Translations under genes and position numbers: made by a program
The notes under the pieces: model-generated
What the model was told of the DNA's origin: nothing
The model's input: the letters and a program-made list of their open reading frames with translations, nothing else
The model's database searches: none
Shown: positions 9,536-19,792 of the stretch, in pieces
Layout: every line of letters begins with the position of its first letter
Numbering within the stretch: the first letter of the stretch is position 1
Assembly (NCBI GenBank): GCA_963668315.1
Contig: OY764216.1
Coordinates: 2,400,001-2,464,000, forward strand
Length of the DNA: 64,000 nucleotides
Source: Spirochaetia bacterium
GTDB taxonomy: Bacteria > Spirochaetota > Spirochaetia > DSM-2461
Direction: 5' to 3'

Positions 9536-10498
9536 ATGGCGAAAATATATACCATGGGAGAGATCCTTGTTGAAATTATGAGGGATTCCGTAGATTCTCC
9601 CCTGAATGAACCGGGGCGTTTTGTCGGTCCCTTTCCTTCCGGTGCCCCGGCAATTTTCATTTCCACCGCCGCCCAATTGGGTCATGAGGCCAAAATCTGG
9701 GGCGGTACGGGCAAGGATAAGTTCGGGGAGCTTCTCCTCGGACGTCTGACCGCCGACGGGGTGGACTGCTCAGATATCAGGGCGCAGGAGAAGGGATCGA
9801 CAGCTGTCGCTTTTGTTTCCTACGCATCCGACGGGAGCAGAGAGTTTATCTTCCATATCGACGGCACCCCGGCCGGAAATGTTGTCTTCAGCGGGGAAGA
9901 AGTCCTTCCTCCCGATTACTTTCATGTTATGGGCTGTTCCCTGATGGTCAACGATTCCCTTCATGATAATATATGCCGGGCCGTTGAATGGGCCGTATCA
10001 AAGGGAGCCCGGATCTCCTTTGACCCCAATATCAGGCCTGAACTGCTGGGAGGTCGCGATGTGTATGACATCGCCGGTGCTGTTATCGAGAATACTTCTG
10101 TCTTTCTTCCGGGAGTTGACGAACTATTGATGTTTTCCCGGTCAGGGAATGTGGAGGAAGCGGTGGAAGAGCTGTTTTCCCGTTTCCCCCGAATGGAAAT
10201 TATACACCTGAAAAGAGGGAAGAGGGGCTCCACCGTATATACCCGCGGGGAACGCATCGAGATACCTATCTATCCTATTGAGAAGGTCAGGGATATCGTT
10301 GATCCCACCGGTGCCGGCGACTCCTTCGACGCCGCCTTTATCTGCGGTCTGGCCGATAACAAAACTCTGGAAGAGGCGGGGCACTACGCGGCTAAGGCGG
10401 GGGCGATAAACTCGACGGTGTTCGGGCCGATGGGAGGGGATATGAAGTTGATCGGCCACGATTTCCTTCGATCGAACAGGGGCGGCAGAACAACATAA
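9536..10498 (+). CDS. PfkB-family sugar kinase
   Basis: GEILVE, SGAPAIF, FDPNIR, VDPTGAGDSF. Confidence 0.9.
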   Translation: MAKIYTMGEILVEIMRDSVDSPLNEPGRFVGPFPSGAPAIFISTAAQLGHEAKIWGGTGKDKFGELLLGRLTADGVDCSDIRAQEKGSTAVAFVSYASDGSREFIFHIDGTPAGNVVFSGEEVLPPDYFHVMGCSLMVNDSLHDNICRAVEWAVSKGARISFDPNIRPELLGGRDVYDIAGAVIENTSVFLPGVDELLMFSRSGNVEEAVEELFSRFPRMEIIHLKRGKRGSTVYTRGERIEIPIYPIEKVRDIVDPTGAGDSFDAAFICGLADNKTLEEAGHYAAKAGAINSTVFGPMGGDMKLIGHDFLRSNRGGRTT

Positions 10499-10517
10499 TT
10501 AGAATACGGAATTCAGT

Positions 10518-10688
10518 ATGAAGGTAAAGAAAAGACTGGAACTATGGGGCTGGGGACTCTTCTCTGCGGGAAGCGGTATCTATTTTGTGGAGAGTCTTAT
10601 TAATGGGAATCCTCTCGCTATGACGGGAAGCGCCGCCTTTTGCATCGGATGCGTCTGTTTTATTCTCAGCGAGAGATTTAAGGATTAG
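10518..10688 (+). CDS. Small 56-aa two-TM membrane protein (below the ORF-track cutoff)
   Basis: MKVKKRLELWGWGLFSAGSGIYFVESLINGNPLAMTGSAAFCIGCVCFILSERFKD; two hydrophobic segments; fills the gap co-directionally. Confidence 0.6.
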   Translation: MKVKKRLELWGWGLFSAGSGIYFVESLINGNPLAMTGSAAFCIGCVCFILSERFKD

Positions 10689-10791
10689 GCCTTTCGTTTT
10701 TCCTGTCACGGATGAGAGAAAAGGGCGGGGTGGATTATTCTGTCAATACATATTACAATTGTTATATATGATATGAAAGAGAGAAAAGTCC

Positions 10792-11517
10792 ATGGAATAT
10801 TTACAAGCCGCCGTTTTTTTAGAATCCCTGATCAAAGAAACAAATAATCTCCTCCTTCAGAATAAAGAGATGATTCTGGAATCTCCCAATCGGATGCGGG
10901 TTATTCTGGATGACGGAACCCGGGAGGATATTCCCATGGATTCCTACACTAATGACTATGTAAAGAGAACCCTGGATAATCTGGGAAGCTCGAAGGCGTT
11001 CATCATGACCGATATGGTCTCCACGGAAATTAAGGGAAAGGACGTCACCTATCTATCCTATAAAGCGTATCACGGGGAAGTTGATAAGGGGCTGGTTTTT
11101 TATCAGCTGGTGGACAAAATATTCCTCTCTCCCGTGGGACCCCTCCGTTTCAGCAATCTTGAGGATAATATTTTCTATAGGGTACCTTCTCCCCCAAGCG
11201 AAGAGAGCTCCTGCAATACGATGGAGACGGACAGAGTGGTGGAGAACGGAAAGAGCATTGTGTTCTTCATCGGGCATATGGATGAAGAGCGGCTTATCTA
11301 CGATATCCAGCGATTGATTTTCGATACGGTGAATAATGTGACAAGGCATCCTGAACTTCAATTCGAGTTTATTATCCAGATTGCCCGTTACGGAGCCGCC
11401 CCTTCGGATAATTTGAGAAGAAGTGTTGAATCCATAGAAGAGTACACGAAAAAGCATATCTATCCTGAATATCCCAATGCCACCTTCGATTTTATCTATG
11501 AGCAGGATGCAAATTGA
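10792..11517 (+). CDS. Hypothetical protein, 241 aa
   Basis: Long ORF with native composition and an AT-rich upstream region; no motif recognised. Confidence 0.65.
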   Translation: MEYLQAAVFLESLIKETNNLLLQNKEMILESPNRMRVILDDGTREDIPMDSYTNDYVKRTLDNLGSSKAFIMTDMVSTEIKGKDVTYLSYKAYHGEVDKGLVFYQLVDKIFLSPVGPLRFSNLEDNIFYRVPSPPSEESSCNTMETDRVVENGKSIVFFIGHMDEERLIYDIQRLIFDTVNNVTRHPELQFEFIIQIARYGAAPSDNLRRSVESIEEYTKKHIYPEYPNATFDFIYEQDAN

Positions 11518-11766
11518 AAATATCCGGCCGTCCCGACGGGCGGAAGAGGGGCAGAGAAATATTAATTTTTTCCCCTCAGTTTAAAATATTACCCCAAAAT
11601 CGTGTCACCTTTAAAAGAAAATCTTCTAGTGAAATGAAGAAAACCCCCGTACAATAAATCAAGTTTCCCGCTTTTCCGGCCGGATGAAGGGACTTCAGGA
11701 CATTTCCAGTTACAAGGGATGGAAAGAAGCTTCCATGGGAAAACATTCAAGTTTAGGGGTTTTATA

Positions 11767-13035
11767 ATGAAGAAAAGATTTTTTATGGTTTTAATCATTT
11801 CCGTATTTTGCCTGTCCATAGGGTTCGCCAACGGTAATTCGGAAGCAGGAGCCAAAGGCGGCGACGGTCCCGTAGAGCTGTCCATCTGGCATTATTTTGA
11901 ACATGAGGCGGAAGCCCTCGAAAAGGTGGCAGCCAGTTTCAGCGATATGAAGCAGAATGTCAATATCGTGGCCACCTACATTTCCCGTGAAGAGCTTATG
12001 AAACAGTACACCATCGGTGCCGTTTCGGGAAAACTTCCCGATATCGGGATGGTAGATTCTCCCGACCACGCCTCCTTTATTTCCCTGGGGGTTTTTGAGG
12101 ATATTACCGATGAACTGAAAGCCTGGGGGGAACTGGACCAGTTCTATAAAGGCCCCTTAAGCAGCTGTATGGACAGCGATGGCCGTATCTACGGTCTCCC
12201 GAACAACTCCAACTGCCTCGCTCTGGCCTGTAACATGGATATTCTTAACGCCGCCGGTTTCTCCGAACCTCCCCAGACATGGGATGAGTTTTATGAAGTG
12301 GCCAAGGCTACGACCAATCCCGCCGACATGGTATACGGATTCGCCATGAGCGCCAACAGCAACGAAGAGGGTACTTTCCAGCTGATTCCCTGGCTTTACG
12401 CTTCGGGCGCCACCGTTTCCACTCTGGATACTCCCGCCGCCGCTTCTTCTGTCGCTTTCCTGACTTCTCTGGTAGAAGAGGGGTATATGAGCAAGGAAGT
12501 CGTAAACTGGGGACAGGGCGATGCCTATAATGCTTTCTGTGCCGGAAAAGCCGCCATGCTCGAATCGGGTACCTGGCAGCTCGCCACCATCGATGACGAT
12601 ATCAATGGTACCTTTAATTACGAATACGCCTTCCTGCCCAAGGAAGCCAACTACGCCACGGTAATCGGAGGCGAGAACTTCGGTGTATGCGTCGGCTCCA
12701 GGGACAGAGAGATGAGCATTGAGTTCCTGACCTACCTGCAGACAGCCGAAAACAACGCCGACTGGTGCGAGATCGCCGGTAAGCTCCCCGTCAGGAAAGA
12801 CGCCGCCGAACTGAAGAGCTTCTGGACGGAAGACGAGAGATTCGCCGTTTTCAACGAAGCGATGAATTACTCCGTTCCCCGCGGTCCCCACGAAGAGTGG
12901 CCCACCATCTCCAAAGCTCTGTATACTTCTTTGCAGGCCGCTTTGATTGGCGAGAAAACTCCCGAGAAAGCCATGGCCGATGCCGCTGCCGTTGTTAATC
13001 CCATCCTGGCGGAAACACCCATAGCCGGGAATTAA
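11767..13035 (+). CDS. Carbohydrate ABC transporter substrate-binding protein
   Basis: Signal peptide MKKRFF...GFANGNSE; LPDIG, YGLP, GKAAM, GGENFG motifs. Confidence 0.9.
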   Translation: MKKRFFMVLIISVFCLSIGFANGNSEAGAKGGDGPVELSIWHYFEHEAEALEKVAASFSDMKQNVNIVATYISREELMKQYTIGAVSGKLPDIGMVDSPDHASFISLGVFEDITDELKAWGELDQFYKGPLSSCMDSDGRIYGLPNNSNCLALACNMDILNAAGFSEPPQTWDEFYEVAKATTNPADMVYGFAMSANSNEEGTFQLIPWLYASGATVSTLDTPAAASSVAFLTSLVEEGYMSKEVVNWGQGDAYNAFCAGKAAMLESGTWQLATIDDDINGTFNYEYAFLPKEANYATVIGGENFGVCVGSRDREMSIEFLTYLQTAENNADWCEIAGKLPVRKDAAELKSFWTEDERFAVFNEAMNYSVPRGPHEEWPTISKALYTSLQAALIGEKTPEKAMADAAAVVNPILAETPIAGN

Positions 13036-13042
13036 ATCCCAT

Positions 13043-13067
13043 AGGCCGCCTGTCAGGCAGGCGGCCT
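13043..13067. other. Intercistronic hairpin after the SBP gene (likely mRNA stabiliser)
   Basis: AGGCCGCCTG...CAGGCGGCCT. Confidence 0.5.
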
Positions 13068-13086
13068 CTCCTGCAAGGACCATTCT

Positions 13087-13983
13087 ATGAAACTGACCAT
13101 TGAAAAAAGGCGGAGGCTGGAAGGGTATATATTCATAGTTCCTGCTTTCACCTATATCGTATCCATACTGGGATATCCACTTTTATACAATTTTTATCTG
13201 AGTTTCCATAATACCAACATCAAGACTTTCAAAAAGGGAACCTCCGTGTTCGTGGGACTGGCTAACTATATTGACCTCTTCCATGATCCCACCTTCCTGC
13301 TGGTAATAAAAAATACCTTTATCTTTACCATAGGATGTCTTATCTTTCAATTTACCCTGGGGTTTATCTTTGCCCTGTTTTTCTCGAAAAAATTCACCCT
13401 GGCCGGACCTCTCCGGGGGCTCATACTCATCGGCTTCATGATGCCCATGGCGGTGACGGCCATGCTGGGAAAGAATGTCTTCGGGGTTTCTTCGGGACTG
13501 ATCAATGATCTGCTCTTAAAGGCAGGTTTAATTTATAATCCGATTGAATGGCTTGTCGATACCAAAACGGCCATGAAGGCGGTTATCGCCGTCAACTGCT
13601 GGGTGGGAATCCCCTTCAATATGTTGCTGCTTACGTCGGGTCTGACCAATATTTCCCAGGAGGTCTACGACAGCGCCGCTGTGGACGGGGCGGGATTTCT
13701 GAGGCAGTTCTGGCATATTACGCTTCCCCTTATCAAACCGGCGATGCAGGCCGTCCTGCTTCTGGGGTTCATCTACACTTTCAAAGCCTTCGACCTTATG
13801 TTCGTCATGACCGCCGGCGGTCCTCTCAACGCCACCGACGTACTGGGGACCTACGCCTATGAACTCTCGTTTACCCAGTATGACTTCTCTCTGGGGGCCA
13901 CTACGGCTCTGGTCCTCTTTTTCTTTCTTTTCATAGTGGGCCTCTTCTACCTCAGAATGATCGGCAAGGAGGAAAAATCATGA
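13087..13983 (+). CDS. Sugar ABC permease (MalF-like)
   Basis: EAA-like motif YDSAAVDGA..LRQFWHITLPL; multiple TMs. Confidence 0.92.
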   Translation: MKLTIEKRRRLEGYIFIVPAFTYIVSILGYPLLYNFYLSFHNTNIKTFKKGTSVFVGLANYIDLFHDPTFLLVIKNTFIFTIGCLIFQFTLGFIFALFFSKKFTLAGPLRGLILIGFMMPMAVTAMLGKNVFGVSSGLINDLLLKAGLIYNPIEWLVDTKTAMKAVIAVNCWVGIPFNMLLLTSGLTNISQEVYDSAAVDGAGFLRQFWHITLPLIKPAMQAVLLLGFIYTFKAFDLMFVMTAGGPLNATDVLGTYAYELSFTQYDFSLGATTALVLFFFLFIVGLFYLRMIGKEEKS

Positions 13984-14843
13984 CAACCGGCAATTACCTA
14001 CTGGACCAGCTGACCATACCGGCAAAGAGAAAGAACCTTATCTTCAACATCATAGCCCTCGCGATAACGGTGGTTTATCTTTTTCCCATATACTGGCTTA
14101 TCATGATGTCCTTCAAGTCCGACACGGAGACCTTCGGCAAGGTTCTGACCTACTTTCCCCGGGACTTCACCTTTGAACCGTGGCTGGAAAATCTTCGGGA
14201 TAAGGATCTGCTCACGTCCATAAGGAACAGCGCCATTATTGCCACCCTGTCCATGACCCTGTCCCTGACTTTCGGCGTCACCGCCGCCTACGGAATGGGA
14301 CGGTACCGAATTCCCGGGACCTGGCTGTTCCTTCTGGCTTTTCTGGTGACCCAGATGCTGCCCCCCTCTCTGATGCTGACCCCCATGTACCTGATCTTCA
14401 ACAAATTGGGATTACTGGAGACCTTTGTGGCGCCGGCCATCGCCGTGGCATCAGGATCGATTCCCTTTATCGTGGTGACACTCAGGCCCTACTTCAAGAG
14501 CGTCCCTGTCGCCCTGGACGATGCGGCCCGTATTGACGGCTGCAACGTATTCCGCGCCTTTTTCGAGATTATGGTTCCCGCCATCAAAACGGGAATCATC
14601 ACCGTCGCCATTATCAGCTTTCTCCACGGCTGGAATGATCTAGCCTATTCCATGACTTTCAACGTGCAGCCCGAAATGAGACCGCTGACGGCGAATATTT
14701 ACAAATTCCAGAGTAAATACGGCACCCGATGGAACTGTATCATGGCCTACGGGGTCATTCTGGTGATACCGGTTATCCTGCTGTTTGTCTTCATGCAGAG
14801 ATATATCGTGGGCGGACTTACCGCCGGTTCCGTCAAGGAATAG
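13980..14843 (+). CDS. Sugar ABC permease (MalG-like)
   Basis: LDDAARIDGC, QRYIVGGLTAGSVKE; ATGA overlap. Confidence 0.92.
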   Translation: MTTGNYLLDQLTIPAKRKNLIFNIIALAITVVYLFPIYWLIMMSFKSDTETFGKVLTYFPRDFTFEPWLENLRDKDLLTSIRNSAIIATLSMTLSLTFGVTAAYGMGRYRIPGTWLFLLAFLVTQMLPPSLMLTPMYLIFNKLGLLETFVAPAIAVASGSIPFIVVTLRPYFKSVPVALDDAARIDGCNVFRAFFEIMVPAIKTGIITVAIISFLHGWNDLAYSMTFNVQPEMRPLTANIYKFQSKYGTRWNCIMAYGVILVIPVILLFVFMQRYIVGGLTAGSVKE

Positions 14844-14897
14844 AAGAGACAAGAGAAATTAGACTGACTCAGCTTTAACAAGGAAGGAGAGATTTTT

Positions 14898-16961
14898 ATG
14901 GAAGATTACACGAAAGATGAGCCCCTTTTAGGGGAATTTTATGAGGATTCGGGGAAGCTCTGGTACTCCTATGATGCCGAAAAGGTGTGCATCGAAGGGT
15001 GGGGAAAGAACAGTCTGAGGGTCAGAGGCACCATGCTGCCCGAGATGCCTCGGGACGACTGGGCCCTTTCGGAACCGGTTGACGCCTCATCAAAAATAAA
15101 AATAGACGGGACTACGGCTACCATTGAAAACGGAAAGATCCGGGCCGAGATAAACAATATCGGGCGCCTCTGTTTCTATAACAGCAAAGGAAAACTGCTC
15201 ATGAAAGAGTACGTGAGAAACAGGAAAACCTTCCAGGGCGAGACTTGCAGCTCCCTGGAGGTGGAAGCCCGGGAGTACAAACCCATTATCGGCGGCCCCT
15301 ATCAGATCACCCTGCGCATGGAGACCGATCAGGACGAAAAAATCTACGGCATGGGCCAGTATCAGCAGCCCTATCTGGATGTGAAAGGATGCGACCTGGA
15401 GCTGGCCCATAGGAACTCTCAGGCCAGTATTCCCTTCGCCCTCTCCTCGGCAGGTTACGGTTTTCTCTGGAATAATCCCGCCGTGGGCCGGGCCGTGTTC
15501 GGGAAGAACCTGACCACCTGGGAGGCGCTCTCCTCGGAAAAACTGGACTACTGGATCACCGCCGGGGACACCCCCGCCGAAATTGAAGAGGCCTACGCCG
15601 ATGTGACGGGAAAGGTTCCCATGATGCCCGATTATGCCATGGGGTTCTGGCAGTGCAAGCTGCGCTATCAGACCCAGGAGGAGCTTCTGGAAATAGCCCG
15701 GGAGTACAAGAGAAGGAAGCTGCCCATTTCTGTCATCGTGGTGGATTTTTTCCATTGGCCCCTCCAGGGTGACTGGAAATTCGACGCCACCTACTGGCCC
15801 GATCCGGACGCTATGATCAAGGAGCTCAAGGAGATGGGGATCGAGCTGATGGTTTCCATCTGGCCCACGGTGGATTACCGGAGCGAGAATTTCGCCGAGA
15901 TGAAGAGCAAGGGCTATCTTATCAGAACAGAGAAGGGGTTCCGCATCTCCATGGACTTCCAGGGGAATACGGTTCACTACGACCCGACCAATCCGGACGC
16001 CCGCAAGTACGTCTGGAACAAGGCGAAGGACAATTACTATAAGAAAGGGATCAAACTGTTCTGGCTCGATGAGGCGGAGCCGGAGTATTCGGTCTATGAT
16101 TTCGAGAACTACCGCTACCATAAGGGTCCCAATATTCAGGTGGGGAATATCTATCCCCTCATGTACGCCAAGACCTTCTTCGACGGTATGCAGGCTGAGG
16201 GGCAGGAGAATATCATCAACCTTCTGCGATGCGCCTGGGCCGGTTCCCAGAAATACGGCGCCCTGGTCTGGTCCGGGGATATTCACTCCACCTTCGAAAG
16301 CCTGAGGAATCAGTATGCCGCGGGTCTGAACATGGGGCTTTCGGGAATCCCCTGGTGGACCACGGATATAGGCGGATTTTTCGGAGCCGATATCAAGGAT
16401 AAGAATTTCCACGAGTGTCTGGTCCGCTGGTTCCAGTTCGGCGCCTTCTGTCCGGTCATGCGCCTGCACGGCTACCGCTGGCCCCTGCAGCCCCAGGTCG
16501 GGACGACGGGAGGGGCCACCTGTATCTCCGGCGCTCCCAATGAGGTCTGGACCTACGGGCAGGAAGTTTACGACATCTGTTCCAATTTCCTGACCCTCCG
16601 GGAGAAAATGAAGGGCTATATTTCGGATGTCATGAAAGAAGCCCACGAAAAGGGGACTCCTGTCATGCGGCCTCTCTTTTACGACTTTTCCGGCGATGAG
16701 AAAACCTGGCAGATCGAGAACGAGCATATGTTCGGCCCCGGTATTCTGGTCGCTCCGGTTCTGCACAGCGGCCAGCGAGCGAGGACAGTGTATCTTCCCG
16801 CCGGTGAGGTGTGGACCGATTACTGGACGGGAAAGACCTACGAAGGGGGAAAACAGATAGAAGTGGAAGCCCCCCTGTCGGTAATTCCCTTCTTCATCCG
16901 CAAAGGATACGATCCGGTCGATAAAACAGTCGTTATCGATTCCCTTCCCTTTGAGGCCTGA
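14898..16961 (+). CDS. GH31 glycosidase (alpha-xylosidase-like)
   Basis: FWQCKLRY, WLDEAEPE nucleophile motif, WSGDI, TDIGGF, MRLHG. Confidence 0.9.
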   Translation: MEDYTKDEPLLGEFYEDSGKLWYSYDAEKVCIEGWGKNSLRVRGTMLPEMPRDDWALSEPVDASSKIKIDGTTATIENGKIRAEINNIGRLCFYNSKGKLLMKEYVRNRKTFQGETCSSLEVEAREYKPIIGGPYQITLRMETDQDEKIYGMGQYQQPYLDVKGCDLELAHRNSQASIPFALSSAGYGFLWNNPAVGRAVFGKNLTTWEALSSEKLDYWITAGDTPAEIEEAYADVTGKVPMMPDYAMGFWQCKLRYQTQEELLEIAREYKRRKLPISVIVVDFFHWPLQGDWKFDATYWPDPDAMIKELKEMGIELMVSIWPTVDYRSENFAEMKSKGYLIRTEKGFRISMDFQGNTVHYDPTNPDARKYVWNKAKDNYYKKGIKLFWLDEAEPEYSVYDFENYRYHKGPNIQVGNIYPLMYAKTFFDGMQAEGQENIINLLRCAWAGSQKYGALVWSGDIHSTFESLRNQYAAGLNMGLSGIPWWTTDIGGFFGADIKDKNFHECLVRWFQFGAFCPVMRLHGYRWPLQPQVGTTGGATCISGAPNEVWTYGQEVYDICSNFLTLREKMKGYISDVMKEAHEKGTPVMRPLFYDFSGDEKTWQIENEHMFGPGILVAPVLHSGQRARTVYLPAGEVWTDYWTGKTYEGGKQIEVEAPLSVIPFFIRKGYDPVDKTVVIDSLPFEA

Positions 16962-16987
16962 TTATAATAGAGCTGAGGAGGAAGTTT

Positions 16988-19006
16988 ATGATTTATCTTA
17001 AAAATAACCGTCTTTACAGGCGGCAGGACAAGGAGCTCCTATGCATCGAGCCCTGGGGAAGCAACAGTCTGAGGATTCGGGCGACCCAGAACCGGGACTT
17101 TGCTTCTGAGGAGCTGTCGGCCCTGCTGCCTGCGGCGGAGGTGGAACAGAAATCAGAGGTGACCCTGGATATCGCGCCGGAGAAGGATCGGGCAACCGTG
17201 GTGAACGGTCATATTTCCTGTCGGGTGACGAGGTCGGGCAAGCTGATTTTCCGGAATGGAAAGGGCGATGTTATTCTGGAGGAGTTTTTCCGGAACCGTA
17301 TAGGCAATGATGAGGAGAACCCCTACAACAGCGCCCTGGAGATCTCTCCCCGGGAACTGGCCCCCCTGCAAGGCACGGATAACTACGCCGCTCTGCTCCG
17401 CTTCGAATCGAATGACGATGAGAGGTTCTACGGCATGGGCCAGTACCAGCAGCCCTATCTGAATCTGAAAGGCTGCGTGATGGAACTGGCCCAGCGCAAT
17501 TCCCAGGCCAGCGTGCCCTTTGCTCTGTCCAGCCGGGGATACGGCTTTCTGTGGAACAATCCGGCCATCGGAAAGGCGACCTTCGGGAAAAACCTGACCG
17601 AATGGTCCGCCCGGTCCACCAAGCAGATCGATTACTGGATCACCGCCGGCGATACCCCCGCGGAAATCATGGAAGCCTACGGCAACGCGACCGGCACGGT
17701 ACCGATGATGCCCGATTACGCCATGGGGTTCTGGCAGTGCAAGCTGCGCTATCAGACCCAGGAAGAGCTGCTGGAGGTGGCCCGGGAGTACAAGAGAAGG
17801 GGAGTGCCCCTCTCGGTTATCGTGGCCGATTTCTTCCACTGGCCCTTTCAGGGGGACTGGAAGTTCGATCCCGAGTACTGGCCCGATCCGGAAGCCATGA
17901 CGAAGGAACTGGCCGACATGGGGGTCAAGCTGATGGTTTCCATCTGGCCCACCGTGGAGAAGGGCAGCGAGAACTTTTCCGAGCTGGAGGAGAGGGGTTT
18001 TCTCACGAGGACCGAAGCGGGATCGCGGATGAACCAGCTGGGGGACGCCTGTTTCTTCGACGCCACCAATCCGGAGGCCCGAAGCTATGTGTGGGGAAAA
18101 ATAAAGAAGAACTACTACGACAAGGGGATACCCCTCTTCTGGCTGGACGAGGCGGAGCCGGAGTTTACCGACTACGAGTATTCCCATTACCGCTACCATC
18201 TGGGTTCCGATCTGGAAGTGGGAAATCTCTATCCCCGGCTCTATGCCCGGATGGCCTATGACGGCCTGAGGGAGGAGGGGGTGGATAATCCCATCAGCCT
18301 TCTGCGCTGCGCCTGGGCCGGTTCCCAGAGGATGGGAGCCCTCGTCTGGTCGGGGGATATCGATTCCAGCTTCCGTTCTCTACGGTATCAGCTCGCGGCG
18401 GGACTGAACATGGGTTTGTCCGGGATTCCCTGGTGGACGACGGATATCGGGGGATTCCACGGGGGAAACATCCATGACGAATCCTTCCACGAGTGTCTGG
18501 TACGCTGGTTTCAGTTCGGCGCTTTCTGTCCCGTATTCCGGCTTCACGGGTTCCGGGAACCCTTCAAGGAAGCCCTCTCCGATTCGGGGGGCGGGAGAAT
18601 GTTCAGCGGTGCGGAAAACGAGATATGGAGTTACGGCGACAAAATCTACGGGATCTGCGAGAAGTACATTCGCCTGCGCGAGGTCATGAGGCCCTATATC
18701 AAAGGGGTTATGGAGGAGGCCCATAAAAAGGGAGCTCCGGTCATGCGTCCCCTGTTCTACGATTTTCCCGGGGATAGGGAAGCGTGGGATATAGAGGATC
18801 AGTACATGTTCGGCCCGGATATTCTGGTGAATCCCGTTCTGGAAGAGAGGATGACGGAACGGTCCGTTTACGTTCCCGAAGGGGAGTGGAGGCATCTTCT
18901 GGATGGCGAAATCATCACCGGCCCGAAGAGGGTCACGCTGAAATCTCCCCTGGAGTATATGCCCGTTCTTGTCAGAAAGGGGGCTCTGCCCGATCTCCTC
19001 TGGTAG
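16988..19006 (+). CDS. GH31 glycosidase, tandem paralog
   Basis: Same motifs: WLDEAEPE, WSGDI, TDIGGF, FRLHG. Confidence 0.9.
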   Translation: MIYLKNNRLYRRQDKELLCIEPWGSNSLRIRATQNRDFASEELSALLPAAEVEQKSEVTLDIAPEKDRATVVNGHISCRVTRSGKLIFRNGKGDVILEEFFRNRIGNDEENPYNSALEISPRELAPLQGTDNYAALLRFESNDDERFYGMGQYQQPYLNLKGCVMELAQRNSQASVPFALSSRGYGFLWNNPAIGKATFGKNLTEWSARSTKQIDYWITAGDTPAEIMEAYGNATGTVPMMPDYAMGFWQCKLRYQTQEELLEVAREYKRRGVPLSVIVADFFHWPFQGDWKFDPEYWPDPEAMTKELADMGVKLMVSIWPTVEKGSENFSELEERGFLTRTEAGSRMNQLGDACFFDATNPEARSYVWGKIKKNYYDKGIPLFWLDEAEPEFTDYEYSHYRYHLGSDLEVGNLYPRLYARMAYDGLREEGVDNPISLLRCAWAGSQRMGALVWSGDIDSSFRSLRYQLAAGLNMGLSGIPWWTTDIGGFHGGNIHDESFHECLVRWFQFGAFCPVFRLHGFREPFKEALSDSGGGRMFSGAENEIWSYGDKIYGICEKYIRLREVMRPYIKGVMEEAHKKGAPVMRPLFYDFPGDREAWDIEDQYMFGPDILVNPVLEERMTERSVYVPEGEWRHLLDGEIITGPKRVTLKSPLEYMPVLVRKGALPDLLW

Positions 19007-19007
19007 G

Positions 19008-19044
19008 AAAAACGGTCCGCCTTCCGGTTCCGGGAGGCGGGCCG
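19008..19044. terminator. Hairpin between convergent genes
   Basis: AAAAA-CGGTCCGCCTTCC...GGGAGGCGGGCCG. Confidence 0.6.
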
Positions 19045-19054
19045 CTCTCGGGAG

Positions 19055-19792
19055 TCAGCAGTTTCTCTCGAAGGATGTGAGGCTCATGCCGGTGATCTCC
19101 TTGAACACGCGGGAGAAATACTTGGGATCGGTGAAGCCCACATGGTGGGCGATATCCGCTTTGTTCAGCTGCTTCTCCTTGAAGAGCTTCACCGCCAGGC
19201 CTATCCGGTAGCGTTTGAGGTAGTTGCTGAAGGTCTCTCCCGTATCCCTGTGGAAAAGATAGCTCAGGTACTCCTTGGTGATGCCCAGCTCATCGGCAAT
19301 GCTCTCCTGGGTAATGGAGGCGGCATGGCTCTGCTCAATCAGCTTTATGGCATTGATCACATGGGGGCTGGCATGGGGAAAATCCTGGGATATCTCCAGG
19401 CTGCGGCTGAGATCCTCCTCCCTGCCTTCCTTGAAGGACACCCTGTTGAGGGCTTTCTGCACGTCCTCCAGGGTGACCGGTTTCACAAGATAGTCGACAA
19501 CGCCCAGGGACAGGGCCTTTCTGGCCGTATCAAACTGCTCGTAGGCGCTTATGATGATAAAGCGGGGTATGTTTGTAAAGGACTGGGCCGCTTCGATAAG
19601 GGTCATCCCGTCCATGAAAGGCATGCGCAGATCGGTGAAGACCACATCGGGCTTGGTCAGGTTTATCTCTTCCAGAGCTTTGACGCCGTTGGCCACCATG
19701 GATACCACCTGGCAGTCCCGCGAGGCGCTTTGAATGAGATTGGACAATCCCTGACGCGCTCTCTGTTCGTCCTCCACCACCATGACTCTCAT
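19055..19792 (-). CDS. Response regulator, REC + AraC HTH (YesN-like)
   Basis: VVEDE, TDLRMP, YLVKP; C-terminal GFTDPKYFSRVFKEITG. Confidence 0.92.
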   Translation of the reverse strand: MRVMVVEDEQRARQGLSNLIQSASRDCQVVSMVANGVKALEEINLTKPDVVFTDLRMPFMDGMTLIEAAQSFTNIPRFIIISAYEQFDTARKALSLGVVDYLVKPVTLEDVQKALNRVSFKEGREEDLSRSLEISQDFPHASPHVINAIKLIEQSHAASITQESIADELGITKEYLSYLFHRDTGETFSNYLKRYRIGLAVKLFKEKQLNKADIAHHVGFTDPKYFSRVFKEITGMSLTSFERNC

